Below, piece by piece: positions 61,688 to 64,000 of a stretch of 64,000 nt of DNA. Below the pieces are notes generated by a model. That model was not told where the DNA came from. It was given only the letters and a program-made list of their open reading frames with translations, and did not search any database. This DNA is from an uncultured cyanobacterium (lineage in GTDB: Bacteria > Cyanobacteriota > Cyanobacteriia > CAKZMO01), in the NCBI GenBank assembly GCA_963719515.1, contig CAVRCJ010000010.1:416001-480000 (forward strand), given 5' to 3'. Numbering within the stretch: position 1 is the stretch's first letter; the number at the start of each line of letters is the position of its first letter. Both the position numbers and the translations under genes were made by a program.

Positions 61688-63238
61688 ATGACCGGCGGAG
61701 AATTTAATTTAAGGCAGCTCCTAAGAGAAAGGTGGGTGAGGCAGCTACGGCGACCGCTGCTGGCTGTGTTGGTTGCCCTGCTCAGCTTTAGCGCTGTGCT
61801 GCAGTCGGGCGTCCATCCTGCCCAAGGCCGCACAGCGCCCTATTGCCAAAGCCTCAGCGCAGACCCAAGCGCCCCAGCCACCAAAGACACCCTGCGGCAG
61901 GCTGCCCTATCTGGAGATCCCGCCGCACAGCAGGCCTATCGCACTGCTGTGGCCCAAAGTGCAACAGACCTGCAGCGCTGCCGCGCCCAAAACTGGCCTA
62001 AGCAGCAGGCTATCTGGCTGAGGCTTTACCCCTGCGATGCCCGGCCCGGCGTGGTGGATGAAGTTCTTGACCACATCGTAGACCTGGGCTACAACCAGGT
62101 TTACCTAGAGGCCTTTTACAACGGTCAGGTGCTGCTGCCTACGAGCGCTAACGCTACAGCATGGCCGTCTGTGGTGCGTAACCCCGGCTATGAGAGCGTC
62201 GACCTGCTGGCGGAGACCATTGCCAAAGGTCACGAACGGGGACTGAAGGTGTACGCCTGGATGTTCACCATGAATTTTGGCTATTCCTACGGCAGCGCCA
62301 ATCCCGCAGTCCTGGCCCTCAATGGCCGGGGGCAAACCAGCATTGCTGCTTTTGAAGCGGCCCGCCGCGAGTTCACCGACGCCAACAGCTCGGAAGAGGT
62401 CTTCATCGATCCCTACAGCGATAAGGCGAAGCAAGACTACTACGCCATGGCCCAGGCGATCGCCCAGCGCCAGCCCGACGGTATGCTGTTTGACTATGTG
62501 CGCTACCCGCGCGGCTTTGGGGGAGAGTCGGTGGCTAGCCGGGCGCAGGATCTGTGGATTTACGGCGATGCGGCCCGCAATGCTCTACTGGAGCGATCGC
62601 TCAACCCGAGCGGCAGGGCGCTGATTGAAAAGTTCATGGCCCAAGGCTATGTGACCGTAGGGGACGTCGCGACAGCTCAGGGTCAGTTTCCCGACGACCT
62701 GCTTCCCCAGTGGCAGGGCCAGCAGCTTCCCGACGACGTCACGGATCTGACTGCCGACGAACTTGCACCTCTGCTCAGCCAGCAGCTGTGGGACCTAAGC
62801 GTGGGGCATGCAACTCAAGGCGTGCTCGACTTTTTAGCGGTGGCGCGACTGGCGGCGGAGCGGGCCGGGCTTCCTACCGGGGCGGTCTTTTTCCCAGAGG
62901 CCAACGCAGCGGTGAGTCAGGGCTACGACTCGCGGCTGCAGCCCTGGGATCGCTTTCCCACCACCATGGAGTGGCACCCCATGGCCTACGGCGTCTGCGG
63001 CGACGCGAGCTGCGTGCTCTCTAAGATTCAGCGAGTCTTAGATAAGTCGCCAGTCCCAGCGCAGGTGATGCCTGTATTAGCGGGAGCCTGGGGCCGGACG
63101 CTGCAGAGCCATCCCTCTCTAGAGGTGCAGATGAACGCGATTCGACAGGCTATGCCCCAGCTGCAAACCGTCAGCCATTTCGCCTATTCCTGGCAAGATC
63201 CAGAGCGGGATGGCAGCCGCAGATTCTGTAGACTATAG
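61688..63238 (+). CDS. Glycoside hydrolase-like family 10 (DUF187) exported protein
   Basis: Signal peptide, IWLRLYPCD, GLKVYAW, FDYVRYP. Confidence 0.8.
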   Translation: MTGGEFNLRQLLRERWVRQLRRPLLAVLVALLSFSAVLQSGVHPAQGRTAPYCQSLSADPSAPATKDTLRQAALSGDPAAQQAYRTAVAQSATDLQRCRAQNWPKQQAIWLRLYPCDARPGVVDEVLDHIVDLGYNQVYLEAFYNGQVLLPTSANATAWPSVVRNPGYESVDLLAETIAKGHERGLKVYAWMFTMNFGYSYGSANPAVLALNGRGQTSIAAFEAARREFTDANSSEEVFIDPYSDKAKQDYYAMAQAIAQRQPDGMLFDYVRYPRGFGGESVASRAQDLWIYGDAARNALLERSLNPSGRALIEKFMAQGYVTVGDVATAQGQFPDDLLPQWQGQQLPDDVTDLTADELAPLLSQQLWDLSVGHATQGVLDFLAVARLAAERAGLPTGAVFFPEANAAVSQGYDSRLQPWDRFPTTMEWHPMAYGVCGDASCVLSKIQRVLDKSPVPAQVMPVLAGAWGRTLQSHPSLEVQMNAIRQAMPQLQTVSHFAYSWQDPERDGSRRFCRL

Positions 63239-63350
63239 CGCTCTCCTGAGTAACTTTTGTCAGCCCAGGGCCTTTCCTGCAGCTGGCCACATCCTTGAGC
63301 TTGGCAAGACGACTGCCGCCTATAATTTCAATCTATTAGTGAGGCTTTAG

Positions 63351-63742
63351 CTACTAGACAGGAAGCCCCGCGCTCTACCCGTCAGGGTGAGCGTCGGGAT
63401 GAGAGTCGCGCTGGCCGAAGTGCGCCCGCAAAATGATGCACAGCGGATAGTGCGCTCAGCGCTGAGGCTAGCAGTTGGTATGATAGAGATAGCAAGGTGA
63501 TACACCCCGCAAAGAGTGTGACGGGCCCGTAGGCGAAAGCTGCAAGTCACCCGTTCCTCAGTTTGCAAATGTATCTGCGACACATAGTGCGTATCCTCCC
63601 TCGCGGAGATGAAAATTCAAAACTCTGCCGTGGGGCATCAGGCGGAGTATAAACCTATCTCAGGATATGTCTCGGCAATAGCTGGGAGTCACTGAGGAAG
63701 CCCGCGCTGTACAGCTTGCTGTCAGCGTCGGGAGGATGTCAC
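63351..63742 (+). mobile_element. 392-bp non-autonomous IS200/IS605 (tnpB-derived) element, copy 2
   Basis: Reverse complement of 27751-28142; preceded by TTAG; ends GATGTCAC. Confidence 0.85.
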
Positions 63743-63745
63743 CAA

Positions 63746-64000
63746 ATGTCACCCAAAGAGCGACCTAACGGCAACGAGCAGCAGACGACGCCTGCAAATC
63801 TGGTTCAGCGCTTTCTACTTGGCGCTTTCTTCAGCGGCCTGTTCGTCTTCGTCTACTTGACGCTATCCCTTGAGATGACCCATGTGTCTCTGATGGAGTT
63901 TGGCAGACTCAAGCTAGCGGCAGCGATCGCCGCCCCTGTTCTGTGTGGCATAGCGTCCGCTGCCTATGGAGACCGAGCTACCAAGCTAATTGCGGCAACG
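63746..64000 (+). CDS. Small membrane protein (runs off the window)
   Basis: Open frame MSPKERPNG...FLLGAFFSGLFVFVYL...; the original TATAAT (63321) and GAGG (63341) lie on the far side of the element. Confidence 0.7.
   Translation, partial: MSPKERPNGNEQQTTPANLVQRFLLGAFFSGLFVFVYLTLSLEMTHVSLMEFGRLKLAAAIAAPVLCGIASAAYGDRATKLIAAT

Overview
This is a chromosomal window from a GC-rich cyanobacterium. HIP1 octamers (GCGATCGC) occur throughout, and pipX-pipY-sepF-proC, hemH with a CAB tail and pilB-pilT-pilC are present. The unsplit, intein-free dnaE and the gene content suggest a non-heterocystous lineage (inference). Core genes: der, ecfT-like, pipX, pipY, sepF, proC, an EnvC-like M23 peptidase, hemH, codB, dnaE, mscS, iscS, rsgA, tusA-like, dnaJ, dnaK, grpE, pilB, pilT, pilC, mutY. 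Accessory content: (1) a 14-repeat CRISPR array with leader and no cas genes in the window; (2) a chromosomal ParM-like actin plus a small partner gene with a LexA-box match over the promoter; (3) a membrane-anchored STAND-like NTPase with Ig-like repeats; (4) an AT-richer islet with an XRE regulator, a J-domain + HNH gene pair, a dead Uma2 gene and an MNT-HEPN toxin-antitoxin; (5) an HTH-NB-ARC-WD40 protein divergent from a MITE-disrupted RTX gene; (6) two near-identical 392-bp tnpB-less IS200/IS605 derivatives; (7) an IS66 inside a decayed DUF3299-RcnA fusion; (8) four different MITEs with target-site duplications. All family calls come from motifs read by eye; no database searches were run.
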